Assembly (NCBI GenBank): GCA_002633005.1
Contig: NMRA01000176.1
Span: 198,988-262,987 of the forward strand
Origin: Phoronis australis
Lineage: Eukaryota; Animalia; Phoronida
DNA: 64,000 nt
Reading direction: 5' to 3'
A program made the position numbers and the translations under genes. This document shows, in pieces, positions 60,568-64,000 of this stretch. Every line of letters begins with the position of its first letter. The first letter of the stretch is position 1. The notes beneath the pieces are model-generated. The model did not search any database, had not been told where the DNA came from, and worked only from the letters and a program-made list of their open reading frames with translations.

Positions 60568-63500
60568 ATGTCGACGGACGCAGTAGAGAAACAAAATGAA
60601 ACGGAGAATGAAGACGAGCACCCAGGAGCTGTGTCAAACAATGAGGGTAACCCTCTGAGTCCTGTGGACATGAAAGATATTAATGTCGGTCTTGTGAGTC
60701 TGCGGCGTTTTAATTAACGTTGGAGGGGACAACTTATTGGTTTTGACACATTGGGACGTATTTGTTGGAAGCAACCGACTTGGGCAGTCAAGTAACTTTT
60801 ATCATGGCTGATATATTCCTGGTAAAGACTTGACCGAACCATACAGGTTACAATGGAAAACGTGGTTTGTACTCCACTAGACCATGATTGAAAGTGTCAA
60901 ATATAGGTCACGTAGTTTGAAAACATAAAGTCCAAAATAATGATATCTACAGACACGTTGAAATAACATTGAGCATGAATACACACACAGGCTCATAGAA
61001 AAAATGCAGTATTTACAATATTGATACCAGTACGAACCACATTTGCATACAGTAAAAATTCCAAAATTATGGCCCTGTTCAAATTGTTACAGGCATCTTG
61101 TGCCGCGGCAATACAGGAGGAGATGATAAGCCAAAAGAGTAGAAGTGAGATGAAAGCGAGACAAATAATCAGTCTATTAGGTAAATCAACTGTTGTCTGC
61201 TTTGGTCTTTTGTAAGGTGTGTTGCATTAAAAGTTGAGGTGGTAAACCAACAGTTCTCAGCAATTTTATAAGACCTTCTAACTTGTCACTTAGGCCAAAA
61301 TTATTGTATGGACAACACGCGCGGCGATTTCTTCAAATTGTTAGTACATTCATTGACTACTTAGATCCTAGGCAATCTCTGTTAATTAACTTCTTTTACG
61401 AGCTTCAACTAACATTGTTATTTCTCAGACTGATCTTGTTAATTTGGCGGTGAAAACGTACATGACAACCATTTTTGCTCTAACCATAGAATTTTTTGTA
61501 GAAAAAACATAGTAAACCAAAGCACCGACGAAAGCGAGACAAAATATGTCATTGTATGGTTACCTATAATAGAGGTCCTTACATTTACTGTCACTGTTGT
61601 TATACTCCTTCGTAAGTCCTTTCGGGCCCTGTGGAGCAAGGCTCGTGATACGAGATTATGTCGACAAAAGAGATTGCCAGTAAAAGCCAAATCAAAGGTT
61701 TGAAAAACAATGTGCGTATTATGAACATCTACAAAAATGTGTATTAATTACGGAAAATACGTAGCATTTTGGCGCTACGTCATAGCTGTGCAGAAACGGG
61801 AAATGTACGTAGCAAATACGTAATTCTCGTACTAGTTGACATATATGAGGAATTAAGTTAAAGGACTCGGAGAATGCCACCCGATTTAATTAGTCTTTTT
61901 TAACGTCTTAATCGGTATATATCTACATCGCCTCTTATACGGTCGACCTCCTTACCGAGAGGTGTCGCGTTAACCTAGGTGAGAAACGACACAGCGACGT
62001 CAGTGGTTCGTCTGCAGAGTGAATGCCGCTATATCAAGGTGCATCGTTCCCGTTTGTCCGAACTATGAAGCTGCGAAGAAAGCGGGTATATCGTTTTTTC
62101 GACTTCTTGGAGAGCCCGAAATGCTTAGGATGTGGCTTGCGGTAATGAGTGAAGAATGAAAGGTACGATGTTAAAAGCAAAAATGAGGCCCGCGTGAAAC
62201 ATCTCCGTACGTGTCTGTGGCCGGCATTTCGTCGACAGTGATTTCTCTGACGAATTCCGGCTTACCAAAGAACTATCCTTCCGTTCCGTTGCCTGTGCAT
62301 GTTCACGGCGCCTCTCTAGTATTTCTCGATCAGTGTATTCCACTTTGAATTGATAGCCTGTGAAACCTAACGATCCGACCCGTTAGTTCGTCGGGTGAGC
62401 TCTTGACTATAACTAAGTCGGGATTGGCGCCGGGCGAGTTGCCATGTAGACGTTTATTGATTCTGCGTTCTGTTTCAAAATGAATTGTTCTCATCCTAAC
62501 CAATGCTTATATAAAACTGAAATACAAAGTCTGTCTCATTCGATACAATTTGTAATGCCTTTGCAGTATTCGTGAGGGCACATGTTGAGAAGCCAGCAAT
62601 GAATAAACCACTGCGTTACCGGCTTTTGATGCCGGCAATAAAGGTAATTGACTGGGCACCGAGGCCGTGTGAGCGCATGCTAATTCAGTGTTTGCTGACA
62701 GAAAGCTGTTGTGAAACAATCACTCGATTTTATATGCTATGGTCACATGTTAGGGAAATCTTTGTTTAGAAATTTGACATAAAATGATTGTTACTATACA
62801 ACCTTTGCCCCGACGGTCTGTGGAAGGACTCGAATCCGAGTGATGGCGGCCTCCGACAAGTAAGTAGATTTTCAGTTTCGTGGCTAATTCACATTATTTC
62901 TTTGGCTCACTGTTATAGTCTTTTCGTGACTGGAGGTCAGTAGTTTCCAACTCAAGCTGGTTTATGTTCGTGCCAGTCCCGGCGGCCGCGACGGACCTGA
63001 TCGGGTTTCGAGCCACTGGCCTGAGGGATAACAGTCAGTCAGTCCGGCCGCGACGGGCCTGATCGGGTTTCGAGCTGGTCAGGATAACAAGCGCTTTGCG
63101 TTAGAACTCAAAAAATCATAAGTCTAAACAGCACAGTTCTAGGTTCTCTTGTCTGTATTTGACGGACGAATACTTCTAATTTATCTCCGAACAGACCCCA
63201 AAACTCCTGTTACGGACTTTGGTAAATTGGCCGAACTTTGTAGGCTACGGCGTGTCCAAATACCAATAAATCCGTAACAGCGAAATAAAACAACACGTTT
63301 TTATATGAACTCGGTGTATTTTAAGGGTTTTACATTGAAGTTTGATTATTTATTGGTGTTAAACGATGAATTCAAGCGATAAGCTGACACCAGTAACCTG
63401 TGTTGTGAACTGCTGAACAGACTGCGTGCGAAACCAACGTCGTTGGATAATAGGCCTTTTGCGAGTTTATAACAATAACGCGAGATTATGTGAGACTTAA

Positions 63501-64000
63501 CTGTGACGTCACGGGAAGTGGGGCAAAAGCTTGTCGTTTGGTCATTTGCCCAATATGGTAGCAGAGNNNNNNNNNNNNNNNNNNNNNNNNNNNNNNNGTT
63601 TTGTGGACTATCATCACTGAATAGTGTTATAGCATTTTGATGACATCCTGTGTGATCTTGATTACTTGACGGATGAGTTTCCTGTTGAACACTGCTAGAA
63701 TTGTCGTTTGGAAAAGTAAAACAAAGGACTTACTAGCCTCCCCAGGTCTTGTCCAATTTTTGCAGATTTCACGTACACTTTGTTTTGAGTTTCGTAATTG
63801 ACATGATGCAACTCAATTTCATTTCAGATATTTTTAATTTTCAAAGGAAAGCATAGATTAATTACCAGATGGGTACACTCTACATTTCAGGCTTGAAGGC
63901 TGTGCCTGATGCGAACCGTGTCATGATCAGGAAGTCCAACAATGTCCTATGTGTCGTCAATAAACCTGTCGTGTATATGAGCTCTGGCACTTACGTTGTC
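60568..64000 (+). CDS. Nascent polypeptide-associated complex alpha-like protein, divergent, 3' partial
   Basis: Exons 60568-60693 (acidic N-terminus, |GTGAGT), 61093-61180 (AAAIQEEMISQKSRSEMKARQIISLL) and 63891-64000 (GLKAVPDANRVMIRKSNNVLCVVNKPVVYMSSGTYVV) join in phase. They match the recalled NACA pattern QSRSEKKARKAMSKLGL..VTRVTIRKSKNILFVI.KPDVYKS..TYIV. Confidence 0.85.
62023..62310 (+). pseudogene. Degenerate THAP (C2CH) domain, transposon remnant in the NAC-alpha-like intron
   Basis: Translates RCIVPVCPNY..GISFFRL..LRMWLAVM, then a stop or frameshift, then RVCGRHFVDSDF..RL. A TTAA-AGG terminus-like site lies upstream at 61858-61864. Confidence 0.7.
63567..63597. other. Assembly gap (31 N)
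   Basis: Run of n in the sequence. Confidence 1.

Overview
Intron-rich, AT-rich animal genomic DNA, probably a marine invertebrate (lineage inferred, not shown). Five spliced genes can be rebuilt by hand from GT-AG boundaries with consistent phases. (1) A + strand atypical caspase (active site VACQS, no CARD/DED seen) whose putative prodomain is built from four tandemly duplicated 57-nt microexons. (2) A single-coding-exon ankyrin-repeat/SOCS-box protein. (3) A small TNF-receptor-like type I membrane protein with no death domain. (4) On the - strand, a 17-exon ORF of about 751 aa that joins DZANK1-like N-terminal modules to a complete four-repeat annexin core, with a separate internal ATG exon that would give a conventional short annexin. 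(5) A divergent NAC-alpha-like gene, head-to-head with (4), running off the right edge. The rest is introns and non-autonomous repeats: two Helentron/HINE-like elements (one a head-to-tail dimer), many MITEs, tRNA-derived SINE heads, a THAP remnant and a 17-bp satellite. All gene models are manual predictions without transcript support. Homology statements rest on recalled family motifs, not database searches.
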